Positions 1-12,990 of a stretch of 64,000 nucleotides of DNA are shown piece after piece; position 1 is the stretch's first letter; each line of letters opens with the position of its first letter. The notes beneath the pieces are model-generated. The model was given only the letters and a program-made list of their open reading frames with translations. It made no database searches and was not told the origin of the DNA. This DNA is from Hypanus sabinus (Eukaryota). The stretch lies in the NCBI RefSeq assembly GCF_030144855.1, contig NC_082735.1, positions 17,422,001 through 17,486,000 of the forward strand, in the 5' to 3' direction. Made by a program: the position numbers and the translations under genes.

Positions 1-1489
1 TTGTTGAGATTGGAATTGGCTCCTGAAACTCAACCTGAAAGACAAAAAGGTTCGTCAGATATTCTTTTTGCAAATTATGAGTAACATCATTCACCAACAT
101 GTATCAGTAATTAATAAGCAATGTAATAAACTGTGTGATTTCATTGATTTAAACCCCTACAGATTTGTTATAGACTGGAAAGAAGTAATAAATATTTTTC
201 CTTTAAAATAATTTCTGGAAGGAATTGTTTATAATGAAAGGTCATTAGCATGAAGCAATAACCTTGTTTCTTTCTCCTCAGATGCTGCCTGACCTTCTAT
301 ACATTTTCAGCATCTTGTTGTTTTTATCTTTCAGATTTCTAGCATCCGCACTATATCCTTTTTAGGTTGCAAAATTGTCACTTATAAATGGATATGTAAT
401 ATTCTTTGTTATTAAGTATTTTCCCTTTCTTGTATCCGCCAATATTTTACTATTTGCAAGAAATAGCCCATTACGCCTGCTCCATTAGTAACAACAAGAT
501 CAGCTTAACTTTTCTGCACTAACTCAAATCTGATTAACTCCTCTCTACTGCCCTCACAGTACGTATGTACAAAGCTATGCAGTGAGTTAACCAGCTTCTC
601 AAAAATCACCCCAAAACAGAATCTTCCTTCAGTGCTTTAATTAAGAAATTATATAGTTGTTTTGAAGACAAATAAAGAGAGGATGGAGATAGATGTCTTC
701 CCATCATGTGCTTCAATTTGAATCCAAATTAACCCACACAGGAGATGATATAAAAAACAGCTTACATACAGGAAGTGACATTCATACAATCTGCACCTCT
801 CGAGGCCAGAACATTCTCTGATATACTTTATACTAATGCCAATTTCTTTATAGTTCATCGCTTATTCTAAATGGTTGCCATTGCTATTTCCAGGTGGATT
901 TCTTTGTCCTCTTCTGTTGAAGAGAGACACAAAATATCTGATAGTATTTTCTGTCATATCTTTATTCCATATCCTAGCGGTGTAGCAACATCAGACCGTA
1001 AACTTTATTTGAGTGCTGGACTGTATACAGATTGCATATACTTGCATGGCTAATCTATGTTTGTTAAATGCAATAAGATTTCCTTGTCATTTCAAGGTTA
1101 TGACAGTAAATTACTGTAAACCAAAATATAAAGTTGTAAAGTAACATATAAACACCAATATAATTACACAAAATGATACATTATTATATTTGGAAACAAA
1201 ATAGTGCAAGGTGCAACTACTGGTGAATTAGACCGAGACAAGAAACCTGCTTTTAATCTTGCTTGTACAGTGTTTAATTGAAACAGGTACACAATATTAA
1301 TGAGTTTGAATTGGAAACAGGCAGAAATTGTAAGCCTACTTCCTGCACTTTGTTCATTCAGAGCTTTTAAGAACCAGATCCTTATCATTCTAGTCACTGT
1401 TCTATGGAGTGATTGGCTTTTATTACAGCCCTTTGTACAGCTCTCAAGTTGCTTAATTGTTTATCAAGCAGTCCTAAATCAAAGCAAAT

Positions 1490-2030
1490 GGACTTGCGTT
1501 TTAATTCCACTTCCTATTCCCATATGTCCATCCATAGCCTCCTACACTATCGTGATGAGGCCACACTCAGGTTGGAGGAACAACACCTTATATTCCATTT
1601 GGGTAGCCTCCAACCCAATGGCATGAATATCAATTTCTCAAACTACTGGTAATGCCCACCACGACCCTCTTTTTCTTCACAATTTCCCATCCTCTTTTCC
1701 CTCTCTCACCTTATCTCCCTGCCCACCTATCACCTCCCTCTGGTGCTCCTTGCCCATTTTATTTCTTCCATGACCATCTGCCTCCCAGCTCTTTACTTCA
1801 TCCCTCCCTCTCCAGGTTTCACCTATTACCTTGTGTTTCCCGCTCCCGTTCCCCCCACCTTTTAAATCTACTCCTCAGCAATTTTTTCTCTAGTCCTGCT
1901 GAAGGGCTTTGGCCCAAAACGTTGACTGCACACTTTTCCATAGATGATCCCTGACCTGCTGAGCTCCTCCAGCATCTTGTGTGTGTTGCTCGGGTTTCCA
2001 GCATCTGCAGATTTTCCCTTGTTTGTTGTG
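1490..2030 (+). mobile_element. Penelope-like 3' fragment (GIY-YIG C-terminus + pseudo-LTR)
   Basis: FNSTSYSHMSIHSLLHYRDEATLRLEEQHLIFHLGSLQPNGMNINFSN; degenerate hammerhead at about 1893-1926. Confidence 0.85.
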
Positions 2031-2034
2031 TTGT

Positions 2035-2530
2035 CTAGATGACATTTCACCACTCATCCAAGAGGCATCTTCAGTTCTGATCCATGGTGGGTGGTTCTCC
2101 GGTTTATAAACTCTGTGAGTTTTTTAAAGGTATAGCACTCACGTGAGTGTCATTAAGAGACGTAGAGGTAATGAGAGGGTCATTAGTCTTACCTTTGCAT
2201 GAATGCAGGTGTGAATGGCTATGGAGATGCCAGGGTAAAGATGTTAGGACTGCATTGTAAGTAGCTGATAGGTGGTGTCATACCCCTGTCCAAGAATGGG
2301 TTTTCCAGTTTAACACAGGTGCTTCTTTAACCCTTATTTGAAACCACCTGTCCTCCCTGTCCAAAATGTTCATGGTGATATCATCAAAGGAGGGTCCCTT
2401 GTCCATTAGGTGTAGATATACAGCTGAGGTATTCGCCCTCCTGTTGTCTTGATTTACGACTGCTTGATACACAATGTCCTGGATGATTGAGAACCTTCAA
2501 AGATCCAATTGTTTGTTCCAAATACATCCA
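2035..2530 (-). mobile_element. Second-family Penelope-like 3' fragment
   Basis: SAVYLHLMDKGPSFDDITMNILDREDRWFQIRVKEA (GIY-YIG C-terminal region); terminal CTGAAGA-TGCCTCTTGGATGAGTGGT-GAAATGTC hammerhead-like motif at about 2041-2075. Confidence 0.75.
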
Positions 2531-4289
2531 CCAATCACGTTAAGCCTTCCATCTACCAGGCTCCGATTTTTAAATTCCAAGGTATTAATCTACTAATCAT
2601 CTGGAATTGCTGAAGAAGTCTCTGAATTTTCCTTATCATCCTGAACAAAAAAGTCTTAATTACCAGGCGCTGTGAATTTTTCTGTCCGGTTATTCAAGAT
2701 TCAAGTACGTTTATTATCAAAGAATGTACAAATTATACAACCTTGAGATTTGCTTGCTCACAGGTAGACACAAAGAAAGAAACCCAGGAGAAATCAATTA
2801 AAGAAAAATAAAGAATAAAATAAAAATAAAAGACCAACACGAGATGTGTAAGAGAATGAAATAAATATAAATCATGCAAACAATAGAAGCAAACAACAGC
2901 ATCCTGAACCAAAACTGAGTCCGCAAATACAAACCCTAGAGCAGCCTGGAGTAGGCCCAAAGCCTCAGTTATCAGTTCATCAGTTCAGGTGCAAAGAACA
3001 GCAGCCGGGCAGTCTTTATAGCCACAGCGCCATGGAGATGACCATCACAGAGAACGAGCAAAATTGGCTTTTGTCCCGACCAGTCTTTTTCAGTCTATCT
3101 CAGCTGGCATTTAAATTGACCAAGCACTGGAACAGCAAAAGGCCCCAGCGCCCTAGAGAGTGAGTGAAATCAGCTCTCGCCTCCAATTTGGGCTGGCATT
3201 TAAATTGTCTAAACGGTGTATCATACCTTGCACTAAGACCCAGGCACCACTCCTGTGAAAGGCTCCAAGCCTAGACCACACCACCCAATGATTTGTTCCA
3301 GCCCCAGATTTCATTGCCCAGCCCGAAGCCGCTCTTGAGCTCTTCAAATCCGTTCGGACCAGTTGTACGGGCACTGAATCTCCTCTGCACAAGCCCTAAC
3401 TTCTCCTTTTTGTGCCTACAGCAATTCAACCTCACTCCTGGCCCAGCTGTACGGGCGTCAGAATCCATCTGCAACACACCAGCTCAGTTTATGCCCCGTA
3501 CTCACCTCACCATCGCTTGCCCCCTTCACTGTTTGCAGTGACAATTTGACACAATTTACCTCAGAGAAGTATTTTTTATTGATGTTTTTAGCTTTCTGAC
3601 TACTGGAGAGTTGTTGCACACTTACTGTAGCTCATCTTAACCAGTTTGATGAAGCTGTTGCAATTGATCTTTTCCTGAATGAAATGCTAAATGCTTTACT
3701 GACCAAAAATTGCTCTTGTGCCATTGATTTCACCATCAGAGGCACGTGAATGATCTCTTTCCTTGTGTATTCTTCATTCTGGGGAAGTGCCTGTGACCTT
3801 GGATTGCCATGAAATGGGTGAGCACAGGGACATCTGTTCCCTGGATCTCGCTGTGTATGCCATCCTCTATTGTTAAAATGCAGGCTTGAGGAACAACACC
3901 TGATTGGCTGCAGTACCCAGTGTCATATTCTCCTACTCTAGATAATTTACTCTTTCTTTCTGTGTACTCAAATATTGGCTGTATTTGCCCACCATTATTT
4001 TTCTTTTCTTTTTTGAATGATCTGTCCTGACGGGTATATCCCAGTGGACAGCGTTAGCAACACATTACAAATTAACTTAACCTGATATTAACTGCTGTTT
4101 ATTAGTACACCCCATTGGGGACATCCCCTTTGGTCCATCCATTGCCTTCCCCCACTTTCTCCACAACTTAGTCTAACTTGTTCTCCTTAACATGCTTCTT
4201 ACTACTCAGTTCTGGCAAGGGGTCCTAGACCTGAAAGGTCAACTTTATTTCTCCTGCTTCACCTTCTGAGATTTTCCTAGCGCCATGTA

Positions 4290-4544
4290 TTCGTGGTAGC
4301 ACAGAGGTCAGCACAATGCTTTACAGAACCTGCCGCCCGGGTTCATTTCTCACCACTGCCTGTAAAGAGTTTGAATGCTTCCACACAGAATGCATCGGTT
4401 TCCTCCATTTGCTACTGTTTCACCCCCCAATCTACTGGTTGGTAGGTTAATTGGTTGCTGTAAATTGTCCTGTGATTAGGCTACGGTTAAATCGGGGGTT
4501 GCTCAGTGGCGTGTCTCAAAAGGCCCAAAGTACCCTATCTCAAC
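4290..4544 (+). repeat. tRNA-derived SINE (related copies at about 14270-14530 -, 15600-15915 -, 21130-21440 +, 40440-40740 +, 41530-41780 -, 41850-42090 -, 56390-56640 +)
   Basis: A/B-box-like head, then the shared core CTGTAAGGAGTTTGTAYGTTCTCCC...GGTTTCCTCC. Confidence 0.75.
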
Positions 4545-5481
4545 TGTTACATACCCCGTAACTGGGTGTCTGACCAGCAGAGAAAGAAGAATCCATTGGA
4601 GTCTGGTGGTACCAAACTAAAAGTGTTTATTAGTGAACTACACAATACAATATCAAAGATGCAAATATACATATAAAACAAGTTAGCAGTAATAAACCTA
4701 AAAGTGTAGAAATAATAATAATCAATAATAAACAAGCTCTATCGATGTCTAGGGGTAAACAAATTCTCATAGGAAAGCATAGAGTTCAGTTCATAAATGC
4801 TGAGGTGGTTATGGTTGTTGTATTGAAATCGTTGGAGAGAGAGAGCGAGCGAGATGTAACAGCAACAGCTGTGGCAAACAAACCTTTTGTGGCTTTCTTA
4901 ATCCGTCGTGTAGTCGTGGCCATTCAGTTATGACCCCTCTGGTCTTCAGCTAGACCATCCTTCTGTGGTGGACTCATCACTCTGGCATGAGTGGACACAC
5001 ACACACACAAGTCCCCACTGGCCCTGCTGTAACACTGTGAGCTTTACTGACCGATCTCCTGGTTCGGTCTCCGAAGCCCCCACCTTTCTGTGGGTTCCCA
5101 ACACTCAGTCAGTGTCCACTGGTGTGTCTGAAGGGTGTCTCTCCAGACTTGTCTTTTATCCCCACTCACGGGGTCTCAGCTATCCATCAACTCTGAATGA
5201 CCATGTTCATCAAATCAGGCCACTCCTGCTATCTCCTGAGGAATGTTAACGAGCAAAGTACAGTCCTTGTAGTGGAAGGTAAATAATCCAGGAAGAGTCA
5301 AAATACAATAAATCAACAGTCTCTCTCCCCCTCTTATCTGCAGCAGATGTTCTTGCCTGGGCTTTATCTCTCTTTCAATAGCAGCATAGCAACAGCAATA
5401 GTTCGTAGTTCTCAGGAGGGGGGTTGGGAATGGTTAACTCTGCGCGCCATTGTCCATCAGGTCTGTTCATCACTCATAACA
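4545..5481 (-). mobile_element. Solo LTR, 937 bp (Gypsy/ERV type)
   Basis: TGTTA...TAACA termini; 4-bp TSD CAAC (4541-44, 5482-85); AATAAA on the minus strand near 4626; splits a SINE from its (AAAT)n tail. Confidence 0.85.
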
Positions 5482-5605
5482 CAACAAATAAATAAATAAT
5501 CTTTTCCTCAGAATTCCAGCATTTTCATTTTTTTCTATTCATAATTTACAGAGATATTGTCATTTGAGGGTAAGTAATTATACATAGGCTATTTATGATT
5601 TAGTG

Positions 5606-5890
5606 TTGGCACGTGGCCAAGTGATTTGAAGGTCACTAGTTCGAGCCTCAGCTAAGGCAGCTGGTTGTGTCCTTGAGCAAGGAACTTAACCACACATTGC
5701 TCTGCGATGACACCGGTGCCAAGCTGTATTGGCCCTTGACCTTCCCTTGGACAACGTCCGTGGCATGGAGACGAGGACTTGCAACATGGGCAACTGCCGG
5801 TCTCCCATACAACCCTGCCCAAGCCTGCACCCTGGAAACTTCCCAAGGCGCAAATCCATGGTCTCTCGAGACTAACAGATGCCTATTATA
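5606..5890 (+). repeat. tRNA-derived SINE, second family
   Basis: TGGCCAAGTG A-box and GTTCGAGCC B-box, then the GTGTCCTTGAGCAAG core. Confidence 0.65.
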
Positions 5891-6354
5891 TATGACTTCA
5901 GCCAATGCAATACTTTAAAGTTTATTTTTCAACTCTTCAAGCACTTTCTAAAGGCAAAAATAATTTGCTCAGCTGGCTGAAGGAACAGAAGGGGTTGAGG
6001 AAGCACATAAAATAACTCCGTTCTGAGGACACATAAAATGGCTGGGGCTGAAAAATTATCCTGTGTGCAACTACACAGTGGGTGATTGTTCATCCAGATA
6101 GGGCAGATGATATAGCCACGACTTGGTTTTCCCCTCTGATTGCAACACAGGGCAGAGCACAATTCAGAAAGCTATCTAGGAACAATTATCCAATGCAATG
6201 ACTTAGAATGTAGATGATCCAAATGTGCATGTCTCAAATTTTTGTCTATTATGCAATGCAACTCATTTACAAATATTCTTTGAATCTTTCAGCACATTAT
6301 ACTGTTTGAACTCAAACTGGGCATTTGTTCAAATGCAACATACACAAACCTCCA

Positions 6355-6750
6355 AGAGGACCACAACCTCGTCACTGGGTTTGGAGGCTTGCCTGCCTCA
6401 ATGACCCGGAGAGCTATCTTGGGTGGCTCTTGGTAGGGTCACCCATGCCAAACCGGTTAAAGAGCAGAGGCAGGCTAAGAGTGGTCCACCAGTCATTCAG
6501 GTCCGGGGGTTCAGCTCAGGGCTAACAACCCTGACTGGTAAAATAAAATTGTTACGGAAACAGCAATGAAGAATCCTTCTACGTCTGAGTGCAACGGTAT
6601 TCCTGAGTCTCCACCTGGGACTTGCACGACTGACAGTAGTGAAAACTGAGAGGAAGCTGCTGACATGATGAAGGAAGCCCTGAACACCACCAGAGATGGA
6701 GGACCTTCATTGCTGCCCTGAACACCAGCAACATAACCGGCAATAAGTAA
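6355..6750 (+). mobile_element. Non-autonomous RTE-derived element (5' UTR joined to 3' end)
   Basis: RTE/Expander-like leader (GGAGAGCTAT...GGTAGGGTCACCCATG) and RTE-like tail GATGGAGGACCTTCATTGCTGCCCT...TAAGTAAG; family call from recollection. Confidence 0.5.
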
Positions 6751-8569
6751 GGAACCTATGCAATGTTTCAGATTCAGATATATTCATCACATGTACATCA
6801 AATATATAGTTCAATGTTTCATTTAATATTCAATTTGAATATAATATTCAAAATCCATTGAACTTAATATACTGTACGTCCCATTTTATATTCCATTCAA
6901 TCGAAGAGTATTAAGAAGCGACAGAATACAAGATATCTGAACACTTCAAGGTAAGTGCCATTCATTTCCTAATATTTACAATGTTGCTCATTCACTTTCA
7001 CACAGTCAAATGCATAATCACATGAACATCACCCACTCTCCGCAGTGTAACACCAACCCTAACCGAAGATACCCTCGGGACACATTCCCTGCTAGTCAGC
7101 TCTGAAACCATTAAGTAGACTGAAACACCTCATCTGAAGCCTGAGTCACCTGCACAGCTACTTGTCTTGTGCTTCATGAGATTGGCAATTAGCACTGAAT
7201 AGGTCAGGGTACTGAGCTGAGAAGGATTACACGGTGACAGCCAAGAAGCACCAGTACACAAGAGGTTCTGCTGATTTTAGAAATCTTGAGCAACATACAA
7301 CATGCCGCACGAATGCAGTATGTCAGGCAGCACTTACAGAGGGAAATAAACACAGACATCCCACCCTACAAAATCTCATTTCAGGGAGGTAGCACCCCCG
7401 CCCCACCATATCACTCCCCACCCCCACCCCCCTTGACCCCCAAAGGTGTATGTAATACTTTGCTTAGTGATTTTGTCTAATCTGTAAACCAAGTTGGATA
7501 TATGCAGAAAATGTGACATTAAAATATGTACTTATATTATCATGGAGTCATTTTTTATTATATTATGACTTTAAGCAAGTCTACAGGGAGGTCAGCCTCA
7601 GCATGTAGGACATCAATAGAGTAGCTCCTTAGCAGCTAGCCAGCTAGTTTAAATAAAGTTAGCTATGCTGATGAATGAATGACACCTGTTAAACTCACCT
7701 GAACATGTCTTTTACATTTTAACCCACCATGGGCAATAAAAAAGTCACTATTGCAAACAGTGTAGCAAGCAACACTGCCATTATTTTTGAGGTTGACTAT
7801 AAAGGTGAACTATTACTACACGTAATAAACTACAAACTAAATACAGCTTAGCTGTACAGACTATTTAGCTAACCAAGCAATTTTTAATCACACTTACCTG
7901 GTCTAAGGTCATATTCTGACAAAACAAAACATCCACCCATTCATTCAAATTCTAAACATGGACAAAGTTTCTGGCTCAACCACTGACTTGTCATAAATCT
8001 CTGTGGACGTAAATTCCTTCCTCTTTGTTTTTAAGATGTCTTGGTTCTGAGCCTGGTCTCCTGTTTGACATTCCGTAAAGAAAATTTCCTTTCATCTACT
8101 CTGCCCTTTTATCGTTTCTGACATTGTAACCACTATTTTTGTTGAGCTAATCTTTCTTTAAATTTAATCCATCCTGAATTATCTGTCTGTGGAAATCTCA
8201 AATCTTTATCTTTATGTACTGTATCTCATTAACATGGAAACAGAAAACACCTTTACTCCCATCAATATAGACATCAGTAAACTAGATAACAGTGAAATCA
8301 AACAGATGTAGTTGTACAGTTTACATTAATCTTTTCAACTTATAATCTTTTTCTCTTTGATTTACACTTTCTCCATTTCTCCAGTTCTCATTCACCGACA
8401 CCTTTATTTAATCCTTCCTTTCCTAAATATTGCTCACCCTTGCCAACACCATACTGTAGTTATCAACAGCATTTTCCATCCAATGCCACACAACAGCAAA
8501 ATATCATATCACTCGATATACACTTGACCATTTGCACACAGGCCAAAGCTATTTAATAAAAACAAGAAC

Positions 8570-9095
8570 ATCTTCAGATGCCACAAATCCAAAGCAGCAC
8601 ACACAAAATCCTGGAGGGACTCAGCAGGTCAGGCAGCATCTATGGAAAAGAGTAAACAGTCGAAATTTCAGGCTGAGATCCTTCTTCAGGATTGAAAAGG
8701 GAGGGGTGAAGTCAGAGCAAGAAGGTGCGGGGAGGGGAGGAGGAAGTGCCAAGGTGACAGGTGAAAGAGGGAGAGGGGGTGGGGTGAAGTAAAGGGCTGA
8801 GAAGTTAACTGGTGAACAAGATGAAGGGCTGGAGAAGGGGGAATCTGATAGGAGAGGGTAAGAGACCATGGGAGAAAGGGAAGGGGGAGGAGCACCAGAG
8901 GGAGGTGATGGGCAGGTAAGGACATACAGTGAGAGAGGGAAATAGGAATGGGGAGGGAGGCAATTACTGGAACTTCTTCCATCCCTCCCCACCTTTCCAG
9001 TGCTGATGAAGGGTCTCAGCCCAAAATATCGACTGTTTAATCTTTTCCATAGATGCAGCCTGGCCTGCTGAGTTCCTCCAGCATTTTGTGTGTAG
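8570..9095. mobile_element. Inverted pair of Penelope pseudo-LTR fragments
   Basis: Minus copy about 8570-8970 and plus copy about 8975-9095; degenerate hammerheads at about 8659-8692 (-) and 9001-9033 (+). Confidence 0.8.
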
Positions 9096-10374
9096 CTATC
9101 TTTAAACATTTGACCATCTATTCCAGCACACACATACTATCCTCAGAAAATCCTTATTGAAGTCCGGTTGGCTTCAGATCCGACAAGCAACTCAAACTGA
9201 GTAAACTGGTGGACATGATCGTGAGTCATATCATGGAGCTAAAACTAGGAGATGTCCACTCCCTTTTAAATCATGACCACCGGATTTAACAATAAATGCA
9301 AAATTCCACATGTTATTTCCTATCCATTCATTTGAACCAGCACCATTAAAAATAAGAAGTACTCACTTTAGTTGTCCAGTAGGAGAGAGGCTCGATCGTT
9401 GGTTTCAGTTTGGGCTGTGAACATGTAAAAGAATACTGACATTTATAAAGTTCAGGGGATCATTGTAGATGGCTTGACTTCATGATCTTGTTCTGCTAGT
9501 TAAATTATGACTTTGGCTTTGCCTAGGTTCAATAACCTTCAGCACCATTCCACTCCATGCCCCCCAACAACAAAAATAATCTGTTTACAAAATGTTCAAG
9601 TATCTGACGTGTGAACATTTTCGAATGAGAAGCTCCAGATTCGCAACGTTTCCTGAGATCATTGATGCTCCCTTGATTTTAGTTTGGCCATCAGAGCAAA
9701 TAAAATCCTTCTATATACTCCACCAACTCTTTTGACATTTTGAGTGCAAGAATTGGATTAACTGTCAAACTTCTAAAGTCAGGAGAGTACAGTCAGATCC
9801 ACTCATGTTGCTGAACTAAAGTGGCAGTGCAATGCTCTTCAGTGGTCCCTCCACCAGATTCCAAACTCCAAAGTCCAAATTCCATCCTTGGATACTAAGT
9901 TTCAGACCAGTTATTATTTTGATGTATCTACAAAGCATGCTTTCCAAGGCCAATAACTGGAAGATACTGGAATGCTGCCTGACCTGCTGAGTAATTCTGA
10001 AGTTTTAATTTCAGATTCCAAGCATTTGCAGCTTATGGATTTTCAACATCTTTGAGTTGCAGTGTTTGGAACTGAATGCAGTAATTCAGATGAGATCTGA
10101 CCACATTACCATCAAATACAGCATAACATCTGAGCCACGACACATCTCTGAGGAACATTCAAACTGTATAAAGCTGCTGTAGATAATCATCAGAAATTAT
10201 GTCATAAATGCAATGATTAATGAAGCATGTTCAATAAAACAAATCCATGTTTCATTAATTAACCTCAATAATTTTGTTTTGTTAATGTACCTGCTTTCTG
10301 CACCAATAAAGACATTTGACAAGACATATTTGTATGTGATTTATGAAGAGAGATTGGGTCGATTAAGTATATAA

Positions 10375-10860
10375 TCACTAGAGTTGAGAAGAATTAAAGG
10401 GGATCACATAGAAATCTTTAAAAAATTCTAATATGGCTGAATGAATTAAATATTCCAGATGGCTGTAGAGTCCTGAACCAGAGGTCATAGTTAAGGTTAA
10501 GGGATAAATCAGAAAGCTGAGATGAGGAAGCAGTTCTTTTCCAAGAAAGTGCTGAACTTGTGGAAATTTTCTACCACAGAAAACAATTGGATGCCTTATC
10601 ATTGAACATACTCAAGATAAAGTCAGTTAGTGTTCATAGGGCCACAGAGATATGAAGATTTAGGGGGAGAAAGCTGGATTAGAGCAAGGATTCCCAAATG
10701 CTTTTATGCTATGGACTCCTGTCATTAACTGAGGGGTCCACTGACCACAGGTTGGGAATCCCTGGATTAGAGCACTGAATTTCAATGATGACATGTCTTG
10801 ATGGTGGAGCAAGGTTGAAGGGCTGAATAAGTGAATCCTGTTTCTGTTCTCAATGTTTTT
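10375..10860 (+). mobile_element. Old CR1 3' fragment containing a hAT MITE
   Basis: AGAAGAATTAAAGGGGATCACATAGAA (RRxxGDxIE) and a CR1-like tail. Confidence 0.6.
10685..10764. mobile_element. 80-bp hAT MITE
   Basis: TIRs CA.GGATTCCCAA / TTGGGAATCCCTG; perfect 8-bp TSD GATTAGAG (10677-84, 10765-72). Confidence 0.85.
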
Positions 10861-11389
10861 GTAAACAGACAAATGACCAACTATCTAAACAGGACATAGG
10901 AACATAAAAAGATGTAAAAAGAAAAGGTCTATTTTAGTAAAATATTTTATAGCCACATTAGAAACTGAAATTTGGAAAGATAAAGGAAATCAGTACCACC
11001 AGCATCAGTCTCCACCAGTTTAAGACCCTGTTGAGAATCTTCCATAAGGCAGACCATGTGGAATGGAGAGCCATGTCTGTCGGGCATCTGTGGTCTCAAT
11101 TATGCGCCTACTCCCAGACTGATAAATGTCAGCAGTATCGTTTTCACAATGGGGAATCTGAAGCTGAAAGAAAGGTAAACACAAAGTCCAGCATGATGTA
11201 ACACTAATTCAAATTGTAAGATAAACATGTTCATCCAGGTTTATAATTATGTAATAATTATGCTGGGTAGCCTCTCAGTTCCTTAATGAGGTGCAAATGA
11301 ATGAAAGCAGATTTGTCCTTCACATTCTTGGGAGATCCAAATGTATTTCACAGTTAGTGGGTCCTGTACTGATCATCTCAAGCTTCTGG

Positions 11390-11905
11390 GTGCATTTCAT
11401 TTTAATTCTCTTTCCTATTCCCCAACCAACCTGTCTGTCTACAGAGAGGCCAAATATGAATTGAAAGAATACCATCTCATGGTCTCTTAGGTAGCTTACA
11501 AGCTAAATAGCATTAACATTGAGTTTTCCATTGCAGATAACCCACAAACACCTAGTCTTCTCCTTTTGTTCACCGCTCCCATTTCCCTGACCCAACCTGG
11601 TTCCATCTATCCACTATCCCCACCCCCAGCTGATCCCACCCACCACCTACTAGTTTCACACCCCTACCCCCTCCATTTCCATCTGTTCATCATCCCATCT
11701 ACATTTGGTTCTACCTGGCACCTACAAGCCACTATCCCAGCCCCACTGCCTCCTCGTTCTGCTACACACTGCCTCTTGCTTCCAGTCCTGATGCAGGTTC
11801 TTGACCTGAAATGTTGACTTACAATTTTTGCCTTCACAGCTGACCTGCTGAGTTCTTCTAGAGTGTTGTTTTCATTCCAGATTCCAACATTTGCTGTTTT
11901 TCTTA
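11390..11905 (+). mobile_element. Old Penelope-like 3' fragment
   Basis: Similar to 1490-2030; GTCCTGATGCAGGTTCTTGACCTGAAATGTTGAC near 11785. Confidence 0.7.
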
Positions 11906-12324
11906 TCTTCAGTGAGAAGCTATTTAAAAATGCAACGTAAGAAATGAAGCTGTTGGTTTGCACACAGCAAGTCCCCCACAAAAAGAATTGTGATCATGGC
12001 CAGATTACCTGTTTATTGAAGGATTAAAATTGAAAGGAAATTCTGGCTGCTCTTCCAAAAGTAGTGCTATGGGGTTATCTTACACCCAGACCCTATGCTA
12101 CACTCAGCCAAGCTGAAGTGCTGGAGTTGAGCTTCCAGTGGAAGATGGTGTTCTGAGACCACATAGGAAAGAAACAATGTAACATCTTTCCTCAGGACGT
12201 CAGAAAGCCCAAATTAGCCATTAAAGACTTGGACACAGACACCATGCCTTGCTCTCAACTAGAAAACTGTAGAAGTCTGGAAATTCTTTTTCCGTTGTAT
12301 TTGCAAAATGTGGGATTGTAAGAC

Positions 12325-12990
12325 GCAAGAGGTAGTACAGATGCTGGAAATCTAGAGCAGTCCACATAACGGGCTGGAGGAGCTCAGCAGGTCAGGCAGC
12401 ATCTATGGAAGGGAATAAACAGTTGGCATTTTAGGCTGAGACCCTTCATCGGGACTGGAAAGGAAGCGGGAAGAAGTCAGAATAAGAAGGTGGAGGGAGG
12501 GGAGGAGGGAGTACAAGGTGGCAGGTTGGAGGAGCAATAACTTATATTCCATCTGGGTGGCCTCCAACCTGATGGCATGAACATTGATTCCTCAAACTTC
12601 AGATAATTACCCTCTCATTTTCTTCATCATTCTCTATTCCTGTTTCCATCTTTACACCTTCTCTCCTTACCTGCCCATCATCTCTCTGGTGCTCTTCCCC
12701 CTTCCTTTACTTCCATAGTCTTCTGTCCTCTCCTATCAAATTCCCCCTTCTCCAGCCCTTTATTTCTTCTACAAATTAATTTCCCAGCTCTTTACTTCAC
12801 CCCGTTCCCCACTCCCAGTTTCACCTATCACCTTGCTACTTCTTCCTCCCCTCCATCCACCTTCTTATCCGACTTGTTTTCTCTTTCTTTCCAGTCCTGA
12901 TGAAGTGTCTCAGCCCAACACGTTGACACATTTATTCCCATCCACAGCCTGACCTGCTGAGCTCCTCCAGCACATTGTGTATATTGTGAG
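12325..12990. mobile_element. Inverted pair of Penelope fragments
   Basis: Minus pLTR about 12325-12520, then plus GIY-YIG tail + pLTR to about 12990; degenerate hammerheads near 12421-12456 and 12894-12927. Confidence 0.8.

Noticed and set aside
5606-5680. tRNA genes at SINE heads (also near 23880-23965)
   Set aside because: Only A/B-box remnants fused to SINE bodies; no complete cloverleaf
6900-6960. Plus-strand donor AAG|GTAAGT near 6950
   Set aside because: Isolated site with no convincing acceptor, ORF or partner exons
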